Assembly (NCBI GenBank): GCA_013239625.1
Contig: MU053487.1
Location: forward strand, 310,001-374,000
DNA: 64,000 nucleotides
From: Lama guanicoe
Taxonomy: Eukaryota
Reading direction: 5' to 3'
Positions within the stretch are counted from its first letter, which is position 1. Every line of letters starts with the position of its first letter. Shown here piece by piece: positions 51,353 to 64,000 of this stretch. The notes beneath the pieces are model-generated. The model was given only the letters and a program-made list of their open reading frames with translations, had not been told where the DNA came from and did not search any database. The translations under genes and the position numbers were made by a program.

Positions 51353-51544
51353 GCTTTTAACTGTTTTTAGCTTTTAAACTGTTCTAATGTGCTTTTAAAA
51401 ATTGTAAAGTGTAATTGTCAAAATGTTTTAAACTTTTAAACTCTTGATGTGACCCACAGTGATAATATCTTTTCACATAGTAACTTTTACTTTATATTTA
51501 GTAAGTAAAATATACTATGACTCTTACTTAAAAAGGCAATTTAC

Positions 51545-51600
51545 CTCTTCCAGCCACAGCTGATGGGTTTGCTGTAGACCATTTGGAAGAAAAAGGGCGA
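51545..51600 (-). CDS. CLASP2: CLASP2 exon, 56 nt, RPFSSKWSTANPSAVAGR
   Basis: cag|T, G|gtaaat, phase 2 to 1. Confidence 0.96.
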
Positions 51601-52380
51601 CTGCAAGGTAAAAAGAAATATTTAGTAAGAAGATGTAATTTATCACTCCTCTGATGACAATTAATGAAATACTACTGAGTTTTCTGAAAGTTGAGAAGTA
51701 CTTCTGATTTCAATTTCCCTTTTACAAATCACTTTGGAACAGCTGTCACCTATCAATGGTATTTAAATTAGCTATAAAGCAAAAATGAAACAACTAGCAC
51801 TGAATAAAGACTGTAAGCTCTACAGAAAATGGGACCAGGTTGCTCTTGTTCACTCTGGTCCTCAGCACACATCACATTACATTACTCTCACCATAGAGCA
51901 CTCAGTAACAGTACTCTCCAACACCTGTATCCTGAGATATTTTACTTAGAAGGAGAGAGAGGTAGTATTATTACTAGCACATAGGGAATTCAGTGTAACC
52001 AAAGCCTCTCTCACCTAAGTCAAAGTGATTGTGGCCACTGGCAACTCATGCAGTTACCCTGTAGGTATAACACCATCTACAGCAATGCTATGAAGTATTA
52101 CTGTGCAGGGCGACAGAAACCAAGCTAGGGATACTGCTGAGGATGACATGTATGATTAGAAAGCAAAATAGCTCCAATCATCTCAAAGAATGAATCTCCT
52201 TTAATATCTTTTCTGATTATTTATCTTTAATTACAGTGGTACTCTGCAGCCCACAGAGAAGTAATATATCTAAGTAGGTAAGATGGATCTGGAAAATATA
52301 TCTATACATTTTAAATGTGAGGAGAAGAGAGGTTAATGTCAGGCTATTGAAAAATATTCTTTAAGTTATTATTATCAAAA

Positions 52381-52546
52381 AATAAATTTCTCTGTATAGC
52401 ATAGGGAACTATACTCAATATCTTATAATAACCTTTAATGAAAAAGAATATGAAAATAAATATATGTATATATATCCATGACTGAGACATTATGCTATGT
52501 ATCAGAAATCTATACATTGTGACTGACTATACTTCAATTTTTTAAA
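52381..52546 (+). mobile_element. Short 5'-truncated camelid/cetartiodactyl L1 3' end
   Basis: ctgtatagcatagggaactatactcaatatctt...actgactatacttcaatt; imperfect TSD aagt(t/c)att(a/g)ttatcaaa. Confidence 0.8.
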
Positions 52547-52727
52547 AAGTCATTGTTATCAAATGATAAATTTGATAGTTGGTTAATAAACCCAGTATTA
52601 TATTATTTTTATAACTGTCCCCTAAAATTGTTACTCCAGTTGGTTGAGGCAGACCACTTCAAGCTCACCGATTTCATTTATGCTTACAGATGTTACACTT
52701 GAGCAAGATAAAATATCTTGTTTAGAT

Positions 52728-52882
52728 CTTTGCTACTTGTAGTATGGTCTGTGGACAAAAAGCACTGACATCACCTATGAGTGTAAAAAGCACAAAATCT
52801 CAGGTCCCATTCCAGATCTACTGAATCAGAGTCCACATTTTAACAAGATCTTCTAGTGATTCATATACACTTTTGAGTACAG
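52728..52882. mobile_element. MER5-family element
   Basis: aatctcaggtcccattccagatctactgaatcagagtccacattttaacaagatc. Confidence 0.7.
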
Positions 52883-53864
52883 TAAATAAAAGTAAAGAAA
52901 AAAAGAGCAACAAAGCTCATTTGAGGTGAAGAATTTATCACAAATTTAAATAGAAGTTTAGATAATTATTCTTACAATAATTTTTTTTGAAATCAAACCA
53001 AATCTGTTTTTACTCTGAAAACTTACAAGTCACTGAACTTTATTTGCTACATCTCTCACAAAACTCTGTGAGTGCTTCCTTGAATTCTGCACCCCAGGTG
53101 TCTCCCTTGCTCACTCTGGTCCCAGTCCTGGACCAGAGAGTTGCCAAGGCAACCAGCAATCTTTGTAGGGTAAAGGTCTTAAAGAGACAGGAATTACAAA
53201 GAGGTAAGCTCACATTCTGTGAGCTGCTCTTCCCTGGGGAAATCTGCAGATACTTGTGGCTACTGCCTGGGAGTAGAGAAGGTATCAGAGATCTTAGCAA
53301 TCTCTCAGGGCTAAAGAGAGAGAAAGTTGGGGTAAGGCTGTCAGGGCAGCAGGGTTTGAGGTAGCCAACATAATGAAGAGAGTGGATTACATAGAAGTGA
53401 GACAGATACTAGGTGGTTTTCCCCCTTGAGGGATTTGCTGAAATCTTAAGCTGTGCAAGAGGCGAGGAAGGAAACAGTGGAGTTTTTACCAGTCACACAG
53501 TACTGTGTAAGGGTTCTGAAGATGACTTCTGAATCTCTGTTATAACTCCTCCACTACACTGCCCTAGAAATGAGCTACTTACTGTATGAACTCTTTTGGG
53601 GATATTAAGAAAAGTATATAAATTAGTGCTTTCCAATCTTCACAACATGAACATATAGAAACAAAACTTGAATCATTAAACTCTTCACCTAAAGACAAGT
53701 TACACAAGTATGTAATCCAACCCTTTGACAGCAGACCAAAGAAAATAAGTATATTCAATCATCATGTGAAAGCAGTCAGATACTCAACCACACAACTTAA
53801 GGAACCGGGGTGGGGGCGAGTGCAGAGAGGAAGGAGTCAGTAATTATCATTTACATGACCTTAC

Positions 53865-54032
53865 TTGAGACTTTCTTGTGAGCTAGATGAGGACCTGTCT
53901 GATTGTGGAAGAGATGCTACACTCCCAGAACTCTTTAAGTAAGTCTGAAGACTCTTCTGATAAGACGGCTCAAGGGAATTATACAATGTTTCAGCTTCAC
54001 CAGGAAAGTGGTTTCTCAGACCCATATACGTC
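53865..54032 (-). CDS. CLASP2: CLASP2 exon, 168 nt, TYMGLRNHFPGEAETLYNSLEPSYQKSLQTYLKSSGSVASLPQSDRSSSSSQESL(N)
   Basis: cag|G, AA|gtaagg, phase 2 to 2; overlaps ORF 53861..54094. Confidence 0.97.
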
Positions 54033-54249
54033 CTGTAAAACAAATGAACAAATAACAAAAAGAAAAAAAAAACCTTAAAGTAGTAATTTTGCATGACTAG
54101 ACATTAACTGTAATGTGTACATTCAAGAACAATGAAGGCTGTTAAGCCCATAGGTTTTTAACATATCCACAATGTGTCAAGTGAATATTTTCTAAATTTA
54201 ACAAGTTTTGGTAGAAAGACTACATACAGGCTTTTGAGAAAAGCAGATC

Positions 54250-54432
54250 TCAGTTCAAACCCTGCCTGTAATCCTTACAGTTTGTGTGGCCTTGGGTAAA
54301 CTCCCAAATCTCCAAACCAGCTGCCAATCTAAGGAGACAGTACATTTGTGGGATCATTTTAAGGATTTGAAAATAACACAACCAACTGCCCCACACAGTG
54401 TCAGGTACATAATATATGCTCCATAAATTAGT
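54250..54432 (+). mobile_element. MIR SINE
   Basis: gttcaaaccctgcc...tgtgtggccttgggtaaa...cacagtgtcaggtacataata. Confidence 0.65.
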
Positions 54433-54681
54433 TTTGCTCACAACGAAGGTGAGTATGTGATGACGGAATAGGAATACTGATGAATATACAACTGACAATG
54501 CTAAGTGATCTGTTAAGACATCCAGTACAGATGTAATGGAGAGAAACCAATCTCAGTTTTATAAAGAGCTAATCAAGAATACCTGGGACATTTCTGATAT
54601 TTTCACTTTCCCAATATAATTTCTGTCAAAGAAAAGACAGAAGTATGTTTGAACTGTCACAAAAATACATTATCGACTTAC

Positions 54682-54759
54682 TTTCTTGCCTCCACTCTGG
54701 CCTCAGCATCAGCATCATGAATTCCCTTCTTAATAGTTTCAACCAAGACGGCCGCATGT
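54682..54759 (-). CDS. CLASP2: CLASP2 exon, 78 nt, HAAVLVETIKKGIHDADAEARVEAR(K)
   Basis: cag|A, AA|gtaagt, phase 2 to 2. Confidence 0.97.
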
Positions 54760-55837
54760 CTGTAAAATAAAACATCTTTAGATTCATGTGTAAAACTATG
54801 TATTTCACCACAAGTGATACTGCCTATATGCTACAGATCAATCACAGAGGGGCAGGGGAGGCAAAAAAATAATTAGCACGTAATAACAAATGTTAAGATC
54901 GCAAGATTTCTTAATAATCCATCCCACACATTTCATTCATGTACAGTTTCCTTCTGACATGTCAAACATTATAAAGATGAATATAATTATTTTTACATGG
55001 AGTCCAGATATATAGTACTCAAATTTAAAATCTTTCATGAATGAAGAAAAACTTTTGTGTGGTTCTTCACTAACTTACCAATATAGGAAGTGACCTGTTA
55101 GTAGTAATGATAAGCTATGATCTAACCAAATTGAATAGTAGCTGCCACAAAAGAACTTAAAGAAAACCTGGAATTACATCACGCCTGTATTCAACAACAA
55201 ATTCTATTTTTCAAAAGTGGGTTATGAACACATTTAATGATTTCCATAAAAATCAGCAATGTGTTCAATGTAAATGCATGTACATCCCAAGCTTCAAACT
55301 TGAAACTAATGAGAGATACAGCTATGCAAACAGCCAGTGACCAACTAGCTGCCTCCAACTTCCTCTTGTTCATGTCCGAGCTTCATCAGACACTGCCCAG
55401 TATATACCTGACCAACGACTCCTGGCAGCTAGTGTGGAGAAACTTTCCAACCAGTCTCCCCCTCTCTCTTTTAGTCTCTTTCCTCTGGAAGGAAGTGCCT
55501 TTCTCTCCTATCTTAAATCACTCACTACTTAATTAACTGCACCTCAGGAAACCTATTTCATGTGACAAGAGATACCTTCAAAAATATGTGCCCAGTTTAA
55601 CCCCAGTTTAACCTGGAGAATCTTATATAACCCATTCTACCTAAGAGCCCCTCACTCACCCCACAAAGAACATCACAGCTGCAATGTACGAGAGGAGCAC
55701 CACAGCTTTAAAGGAAAACCAGTACAAATAACTTTACAGCAAAATGAGAAATAATGCAAAACCAATACCATCAATTTCTAAAAAGCTGGTGACAATGGGG
55801 AGGTGAGGGTGGAGGGAGAGGGAAAATCGATGCATAC

Positions 55838-55897
55838 CTTTCCAATGAGTGAGTCTGCCACTCCTGTAACAATAAATCTAAAAATTCAAATGAACGC
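55838..55897 (-). CDS. CLASP2: CLASP2 exon, 60 nt, RSFEFLDLLLQEWQTHSLE(R)
   Basis: cag|G, AG|gtatgc, phase 2 to 2. Confidence 0.97.
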
Positions 55898-57393
55898 CTG
55901 AAAAATAAAAGTTAATTACAACTAAACATTTAACATTATATTAAGTTACATGAACTTATAACTAACTAACACTTTCTTCTGCAACACTTCACTTGCCCCC
56001 TGAATTAATGTATAAGACATGTTTTTAGATATCTCTGTCACATGTTTAACTTACTTTTAAGGCTCCAACTATTCCTATGCTGTATAGCTCAAAATGACCT
56101 TACGGGTTCCCCATAATTTTAAATTAAAATGTTTGTCCAAACATAACATTTAACAAATTTCATTTAATTTAAAAGATACTCATCAAACACCTGCTATGCA
56201 GTAGAAACCAAAGATACATAATGGTGACCAAGAAAGATGTGACGGATCTTCCATTTCTACACTTGTTTCCTTAAATACATATGTATTTGTGTGTTTCTGC
56301 TAAGCCCTCCAGTTCTAATTCTTCAGCTGTCTCATTCTTGAGCTTCTCTTCTTTCTTGGCCTCTGATGACACAGTTCTGGCCTGTTTTTCTTCCTTTATC
56401 AACACTTTTCCTCCACCTGCCCTAAATAGGTGCTCACCTGGTTAGTGCTGATCTCAGTCCACTCCCCTGTTATAGTCTTTCTTAGGCAATGTCATCTATA
56501 CCCTTGGCTCTGATCATCAGCTATGCTTCTCACATCTAGGCCTTTATCTCCAGCACTGGTTCTTCATTTCAGCCAACAAGTCAAAGTGTCAACCAGCCCA
56601 CAGACATATCTACATAGGCAGTGAAGTCAACTCACACACTACACCCAAAGGACAGACAGATTAACTTCCTATCCTCTCTAATCTACTCTTGTAGCCCATA
56701 TGATGCAGATTAGGAAACAAGAAATACAGAGGTTCAATTAACTTGCCTGAAGTGACAGGGCTGGGACTTAAACCCTGGTGGTATTCTGACTTGAGGTCAC
56801 AGCCTGAAGCACCGACATCACCTCTCTTATCCATACCCATTGTCAAGTCTCATTTCTATACCTGAAATCTCTTGAATTTATTTACTGAATAAAATCTCCC
56901 TTAATCAACTATAATACAGCTTTTGTTCAGATTCTGCCTCTCTTACATGAGCTGTAAGAAATCCTACTTAATTAAACCAATGCTTCTCATTGTCCCTTTT
57001 TAATCACTGTTCATAGCTGGAATAAAAACCAGGGTGGATGACATTACTTCCTCACCAAAAACTGCTAATGAACAATGTTAAATGATAAACAATGTCAAAA
57101 TTTCTCTTCCTGATATTCAAAGCCCTCTATACTCTGGCTTCAACCTACCCTCCCAACCCCCAGCCGGCCTCTTTTCCTACCGAAACCTTCCACTCATCAT
57201 GTGTTCCGGCCTCAGTGGCCCATCTGACGCACACAGCATAGTTTTACATTTCTGCTTAGGTTCAGCCCTGCTCTCTTCCCTTACAGGAACTGAATAGCTT
57301 CCCATTTTCAACGTAATTTTATGATGCCTTTTCTGACTTCCTCTTCTCTGTCACATTCCTATTTCTCCAATTACCATTTTCTTCAATGTAAGA

Positions 57394-57627
57394 TAGAGAT
57401 TGGTAAACCTCTTCTGTAAAGAGCCAGACAGTGAAACTCCAGGCAGTAAATATTTCAGGCTTTGCGAACCACATAGGCTCATCTCATATTTTTCTTCCTT
57501 TCACCTTTTTAATCACTCTTCAAAAATATAAGATCACTCTTTAAAAATATAAGAAACAGCCTCAGCTTGTGGGCTGTACAAAACTAGATTGTTGGACAGA
57601 TCCGACTGGTTTGCCTGCCAACCCCTG
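57394..57627. mobile_element. MER58C-like element
   Basis: tggtaaacctcttctgtaaagagccagacagt...gccaacccctg. Confidence 0.65.
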
Positions 57628-57869
57628 ACATAAGAGAGAGGTAACTAAGCAACCTCCACCAACACTCCAAATCACTTACAGATAGTAATATCTTATTCAG
57701 CTTCTTCCTAACATTCAAAGTACTTAAACAAACACATTTATGAAATAAAAAAGGGAGAGCATTCTCTACAATTTGCTTAAACACCAAGTGCACAAAGCTT
57801 CTTTTGCTGCCTTTATCGTTGATGGTGATAGTGGTGGTATTACAGATTGTAGAAACCATAAGGAGAGAG

Positions 57870-58105
57870 AGGAGTTCTGACTGACCTGCTACGGCTGCAT
57901 ACTCTGGGCCAAACACTATGCTCAATTCTACTAGTGCGTAACTCGTTTAATCCTCACAACGCTGGGGTCCATACCATTAGCCCTACTAACATATGTACAC
58001 AACGAGGTTCAGGGCAGTTAAATAATCACCCCAGGTAGGACCATCAATCAATCAGTCGCAGCTGTAGGACTCTAGGTGAGGCCTGACTCCAGATTCCATA
58101 CTCTC
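57870..58105 (-). mobile_element. MIR SINE
   Basis: tttaatcctcacaac...gaggttcagggcagttaaataat...gcctgactccaga. Confidence 0.65.
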
Positions 58106-58351
58106 TGAAAACCAAACAATTAGTGACCCAAGTAAACCAAAGCTTAATAGGATAAAACTGAAAAATACAGGTAGTCGTAATGATCACTTTGTTCCTTTTC
58201 CCTTACGTGACATAAGACAAGACATTTTTAATAAGGTTTCTAGAAGTCAAGAAATTGATGGCAACTAATGTTTGCACCTGACTAAGAATTAAACATAATG
58301 CAATATTCAACATAAAGCTATACTAAAAAACATTTTTCCCTCAAAACTTAC

Positions 58352-58422
58352 CTCCTTACAGGAACTGATTTTGATGTGCAATTGCTTGTTATTAACGGTA
58401 TAAGTCTGGGTACATGAGTATG
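58352..58422 (-). CDS. CLASP2: CLASP2 exon, 71 nt, HTHVPRLIPLITSNCTSKSVPVR(R)
   Basis: cag|CAT, AG|gtaagt, phase 0 to 2. Confidence 0.97.
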
Positions 58423-59039
58423 CTGAAAAAGATATTTAGAGAAGGCTGAAAAATACTGTGCACTTCACATAATCTCTTATTCTATTTGCCTTACATTCAA
58501 CTATTTAGTTACATGAGAACAGGACAAAAATACCACAAAGTCAGGGTTTTGAAAGAATTAAGACCAGTCAGAAAGTTTTCCCAAATTAAAGTAATAGCAA
58601 CGATAGTTTCAGAAGGGTTGGTATGGTTGTAATATTAAATAACAGAGACAAGTTAATTGTCTCAACTGCAGGACACTGTTAGGACGATGGACTTTTGGGG
58701 GAGGGGGCACTAAAAGGACCAGGCATGTATTCTCTTATTTTCTGAAGTACCATGGCTACTGCTGGTAGAAGACAGTAACTGCTGTATCATCAAAGCAGAT
58801 TTTCAGAGCGAATCTACATAACCACTGGGAATGCACTGGGAATCGGTGACTTTAACTGAACTTTCATTCTGGCTGAACCACAGCTCTCCAGAATTCAGGT
58901 AAAGTCTAGTATATATATAGTATTCTGATTTCTGTTAGTAATTTTTATGTTTTTTAGTGAAGCAAACACTAAAAAGTTTATAATAGTCATAAGAATAAAA
59001 TAGTAACCTAAGTGAACTTATTTGTCTTCTGAGCTAATG

Positions 59040-59473
59040 GTACAGGCTGGGTTACCTAGGAAGCAAGCTCTGAGATGGAGTTTAGCATTCAGGATACTAA
59101 GAAATGCTCTTGGGATCAACACCTGTGGGAGGGAGGAGAAGGAGGCAGGAGCGGGCAGAGGAAGAAATCAATCTGTGATATGGCCCAAGGATATCTTCGC
59201 TCAAAGCCACTGGGGAGCTCTGGAGCAAAAATGGCCCTTCAAAATAGTCTCAAATTGGTCGAAGACGTGCAAACCTTTACACTTCCACATCAGTCAGGTG
59301 TGGGCGGTGGGCCATAACCAAGAAAGGGCAAGACCTTGAGAAAGGCAGCTCTCTGCAAGCTGAGGCAATCCTTAAAGAGGCTGGCAGCAAAAGACTGCCT
59401 GCCAACAGTGCTTGCAGGATTGGGAAACAAGTCACTGAAGGAGAATGTGAGTGGCACAGCAGTGTGTGCCACA
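59040..59473 (-). mobile_element. Solo LTR, LTR16-like (ERVL)
   Basis: Minus strand starts tgtggc and contains gaagggccatttttgctccagagctcccc and ctccatctcagagcttgcttcc. Confidence 0.75.
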
Positions 59474-59984
59474 ACTCACTCAACCAAAATTAGAGGAAAA
59501 TCACCCACAGACCTGATGTTTTTCAGGATGAGGATAATGCAACAGAGTGCTGACCTGAATATCAGTAAACTGTTACATTCAGCATGGAAGGGCTCAGTGG
59601 CCCTGCTGCCCTCAGGCATCCAGAAGAACCCACCTCCCAAACATTACTGTGGAGTTAAAGTCCAAGGAGTCTCCCTAGGCACAAGACACCACATAGGAGA
59701 TCTCACCTACCATCCTCCTCCTCTTTCTCATAAGCTCCTTGAAACCCAACCGGTGATGAACCCATACCCAACCCAGTGGCAAGGATGGGGAGAGAGACTA
59801 ACCTAACTACTGCTACACCACATTTGGGAGAGCTGTACAAAAGGAAAATAAAAAGTGACCCTCACCATTACAGATAACACATTCAACCAAACACCAAGTC
59901 AGGACAACTTATAAACTGTCCCCTGGGAAACAAAAATACAGAAAACAGGAAATAATGTAAAACAGCAACAAAACACCTGATTTG

Positions 59985-60167
59985 GCTAATTATCAGAGAA
60001 ATGCAAATCAAAACTACAGTGAAGTATCACCTCACATCAATCAAAATGGTCATCATTAAAAAAATTCCATAAAAAATAAATGCTGAAGAGGGTGTAGAGA
60101 AAAGGGAATCCTCCCACACTGTTGGTGGGAATGTAAATTGATGCAACCACTACGGAAAACAGTACAG
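59985..60167 (+). mobile_element. L1 ORF2 3' fragment
   Basis: atcagagaaatgcaaatcaaaactaca...cactgttggtgggaatgtaaattg. Confidence 0.85.
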
Positions 60168-61387
60168 TTTGGTTGAATGCATCATCTGTAATTGTGAGTG
60201 TGACTTTACATACTTTTTAAAAGTTAGGGGAAGTAAAATAAGGTTTATTCCTGACACTGACAAAGAATAAGGAATGTCTTGGAAAATAATGAAACTGGTA
60301 AGAAAGCACAATGAATAAAACCCAGAAAAGACAGGAAAGAAAAAATACTATTTCAAGACGGTGACAGTCAAAAACTTCCACCATCCATAAAGTACATAAA
60401 GAAAGAGTTGTTAGAAAAAAGAAGTTGATAAAAACTAGAATCAGAATTTGCCAAATAAAGTAGCTTTTCAAAAAGTGAGACCATAAAAAATCTGAATAAT
60501 ATTAATATCAAGCTAGATTCAGTGATGAGCAGAGTACTCTATAAACAAATTCTGTATTTTGCAAATTCAAAAAGACTACCTATATAAATTAATGATGTAC
60601 TAGGATACTAACAAAATTCAGGTTATTCACTGAAGAAGAAATTACACAACCAAATATTCTTATCAAAATGTCATGAAATTATAAAATGATGAGTGCAAAA
60701 GAACCACCTGAAAATGCATACAATATCCTCATGCAATTGAAAGAGAAAGTTGAAATGGAAATTTTAAAAGACTGAGAATATAGAGAGAACATGGTAAATC
60801 TAAATCACTGAATGCTGCTAATGCCAAACTCAGAAAAAGCCTTATAATATCAAACAACAAAAACTATGACAAATTATCTAAGGATATACCACAAAAATAA
60901 GGTGAAAAAACAAAAAAAGGGGTAAGCCATGTCAATTATAGAAAGGAATTAAGAAACAAATACAGAAATTAAAGAACTAAAAAAATTATGGAATGCCACT
61001 GGTACCAACGAAACTAAAACTTGAAGCTTATAAAAGAGCCATTACAATGTCTCTGGTTATTGTTTAAAAAATATATATATATATACTAGTATAATAAGAA
61101 AGAATGGCAATAAAACCACAGTGGAAGAGACTTTTTTTTTTAATTAAGAAAATACAGTATACAACCTCAAGTCAAAGATTCTTAAAATCTATGTGAAATT
61201 GATATTCTGAGAAAACACAAATAACCAAAAACATTTCAAAAAGAAATGCAAGAATGCTCAGTCTAAAACATTAGAAAAGTTATTGGATAACTTTAAGGGT
61301 CAGCAAATCCTAATAACAAAATATGTAAAGCAGGAAAATTATAGAAAATTTTATAAAAAACTCATATTAAAATAAATGCCCCAAAGT

Positions 61388-61500
61388 GGGGGAGGGAAGC
61401 AGGGTATATAACTCAATGGCAGAGTATTGTGCTTAGCATGCAACTTACCTCCATTAAAAACAAAATAAATGAATAAAATAAATACCCCACCCTAAAAAAA
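61388..61500 (+). mobile_element. Degenerate, internally deleted Vic-1-type SINE
   Basis: gggtatataactcaatggcagagt...tgcttagcatgca...acctccattaaaaac; B box missing. Confidence 0.65.
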
Positions 61501-62443
61501 AATTTTTTTTAATATGCTATGTCTTTGTGTGTGTGTGGGGGGGGCCCAAAATCTTAACTTAAGTATTAGCCAATTGCAACTAGCAGTATTATAATGTACA
61601 ATGGCCAAGCAGAATTTAGTTCATTAATGACAATGGATAAATGAAGAGAGACAATTATTTCTAAAGATATTAAACATATTTCATAATATTCCACATCTAT
61701 TATTGATCAAAATTTAGCAAAATATGAACAGGAGAAAATTCTCATAACCTAGTACAGAGTATCCATAGAAACCCATCCCGGACACAATATTTAAAGTATT
61801 CCCATTAAACTCAGGGATTAAACAGAGATCTCAATAATTTCCACTATTTTCCAACACTGTTATGAAGGTGCCAGATTTAGAGAAGCTTAAAAGTATATTA
61901 AAACAGAAAAAAAAGGACCATTTTAATAGACAGATTCTTTGATTTGTTCACAGGCATTGGATTTTATTTCTGAAAGAAACCTTCTGGTACAGCAGTATTA
62001 GAAAGAAACTTCATTTAACAGGGGGACAAACTGATCAAGGAAACCGAAAAGGCATTTAAGAAACAGACCCATACATTTATGGAAATTTACTATATGAAAA
62101 CAATGGTAAATTAGAAAAGACTGAACTATAATTTACTACATGCGACTGGGTCAACTGGCTTTGTATTGGGGGAAAATGAAGTTAGATATCTGTATTCCAC
62201 ACAGAAATAAAACTGAGTTAGATCTAAATCTAAAAAACAAAATTATTAAAGTTTTAAACTATTGAATGTTTTTATAATGGGAAGGCTGTTTTAACTGTAA
62301 CAAAAACGACAAAAGGAGCATTGTGTCAATGGGAAAAAAATCTTGACGTTCTTATATATAACAAATGATAGCTTTAATAATGTTTGAAGAAATGACAAAC
62401 TGGTAGAAAATATTTGCAACATATAGAACACAGAATTAATATA

Positions 62444-62785
62444 TAGTCATCTCTCAGTGTCCATGGGGGGTTGGTTCCAGGACTTGCTGAGGAAACCAAA
62501 ATCTGTGGATGCTCGAGTCCCTTATATAAAATGATGCAGTATTTGCATAACCTACCCACAACCTCCTGAATACTTTAAGTCACCTCTGGATTACTTATCA
62601 GTTAATACAATGTAAATGATAAATAGTTGTAGTTTTAATGTAAACGTTATGGAAATAGATGCCAGCAGGAGGTAAATCCAGCTTTTGCTTTTTGGAACTT
62701 TCTGGGATTTTTCCTCACAAATATTTTCAATCAGAGGTTGGCTGAATCCATAGATGAAGAACCTATGGATAAGGAGGGCTGACTG
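62444..62785. mobile_element. MER2 (TcMar-Tigger) element inside old L1-like sequence
   Basis: tagtcatctctcagtgtccatggggggttggttccaggac...ggataaggagggctgactg terminal inverted repeats. Confidence 0.85.
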
Positions 62786-63600
62786 TGCTTATAATGTATA
62801 AAAAAACGCCTTAGAAATCAGTGAGGAAAAAAATGCACAAAGAGTATAAAGCAGCAATCCATAGAAACATTATTAAAATAAAAAAAACTAACATCTCTAA
62901 TAGTCTAAGAAATGCAAAGTAGAATATGGAATATTTCATTCATTAAATTATTAAAATCTTTAAGAGACTGATAATACACAATGTTGGTAAAGGATGGAGG
63001 AAAACAACTTCATAAACTTCAGGGAGAAGAACTGTGAGGACAACTTGGTGCTATGTCATTTAATAGAGAACTCATTTAGACATTATGGACAAGGGAAGCT
63101 GCCCAAGTACATAAGGTTTAAAAAAACATTATCTTTACATATATATAAAATATAAACACTACATTTACATTTTGTAGCAAATACAGTTTGAACAGGCATA
63201 GAATTGAAGTTGGAAAAACATACTGAATGGTTAGAGTGATTAGTTGTAGAAGAGCAGAATTTAAGGGGGAGTTGTTTTATTTTTTAACTTTATTCTTTTG
63301 GGCACCTTCAAGATCTGGATAATGAGAAACATTAAAAATTTGCCTGCCATCTTTTACCACTGCCTATAACATTTTCATTGTTTTACATTTGCGTATTACT
63401 ACTCGTAATATGATTAACCACACACATGTACATGCATACTTTATATATTATATTCTGTATGCAAGCATATTTACTTTGTAATCCTGTATATTATAAACAG
63501 TCTATAATAACTGTGTATTGCTTTTATTATCAGAAAAAGAATTCAAAGTAATTTTCCCTTGGGGTTTAAAAAAATACCAATGATTTATTTAAGTACACTG

Positions 63601-63670
63601 AAAGAGAGAGACAGACAGAGAGAGAAGAGAAAACAGAAAAAAGAAAAGAAAAGAAAAGAAAGGGAAAGAA
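63601..63670. repeat. GA/A-rich simple repeat just inside the intron
   Basis: Directly visible (agag, gaaaa units). Confidence 0.85.
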
Positions 63671-63675
63671 CCTAC

Positions 63676-63811
63676 CCGAATTATGAATCTGATTGCTGCA
63701 CATCCAGAAGTTGCCATGACTTTTGCACTGTTGGGGACGAGATTAAAAAGTGTAGGTACAATGGCTTCAGCGCCGTGATCAAACTTGTTTCCCAAAACTG
63801 TTGAAAGATGA
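63676..63811 (-). CDS. CLASP2: CLASP2 exon, 136 nt, HLSTVLGNKFDHGAEAIVPTLFNLVPNSAKVMATSGCAAIRFIIR (TOG2)
   Basis: tag|T acceptor, CGG|gtagg donor, phase 2 to 0. Confidence 0.97.
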
Positions 63812-64000
63812 CTACAAAAGAAGACAAAAAATGTTGTTTTAAAAGTAATTTAACATTAAATCTAGGTAGGACCTTATAATTTGAAAATATTCTTTTACTG
63901 AATTAACTTTAAAATTTTATTTTAACCTGTTCTAATGGCAGAAAAACAAAAGAGAGAAAGGAAAGTGCAGATAATACGCATTTCCTTCTTTTCCCCTGTC

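Larger units (their letters stand above)
1..64000 (-). other. CLASP2: Internal portion of the CLASP2 gene (no start or stop codon in window)
   Basis: 26 minus-strand GT-AG exons splice in frame into a peptide matching CLASP2 as I recall it (GNKFDHGAEAIVPTLF, SKIP/SRIP motifs, NRCASSNWSERKEGLLG, AFDYDTENMNSEDIYSSLRG); residues are CLASP2-type rather than CLASP1-type. Confidence 0.98.

Noticed and set aside
59336..59806. 156-aa plus-strand ORF
   Set aside because: Starts at a non-ATG codon inside an LTR16-like remnant and has no recognisable domain.
1..64000. CRISPR array, operon or other prokaryote-type system; remaining short ORFs
   Set aside because: Intron-rich mammalian DNA with no repeat-spacer periodicity; other ORFs are repeat-derived, antisense shadows of exons or chance frames.

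Overview
AT-rich mammalian genomic DNA, probably from a camelid (inferred from Vic-1-type tRNA-derived SINEs). The whole window lies inside one minus-strand gene, CLASP2 (CLIP-associating microtubule plus-end tracking protein); neither its start nor its stop codon is included. I traced 26 GT-AG coding exons by hand that splice into one continuous frame, running from the TOG2 C-terminal half through the S/R-rich SxIP linker and TOG3 into the linker before the C-terminal CLIP-binding domain. Six are microexons (24, 18, 27, 27, 24 and 3 nt) that the ORF track misses or shows only by chance. Introns hold ordinary repeats (L1, L2, MIR, hAT/Tigger, solo LTRs); family names come from memory of consensus sequences and boundaries are approximate. 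I found no new gene or wholly new system. The best leads are: the 3-nt exon with a full regulatory layout; nine consecutive phase-1 symmetric exons over the EB1-binding linker; several candidate poison or fossil exons (sequence-only predictions, and pseudo-exons are common); and a TSD-flanked retrocopy resembling the HNRNPA2B1 3' UTR that places a sense-strand polyA signal in an intron.
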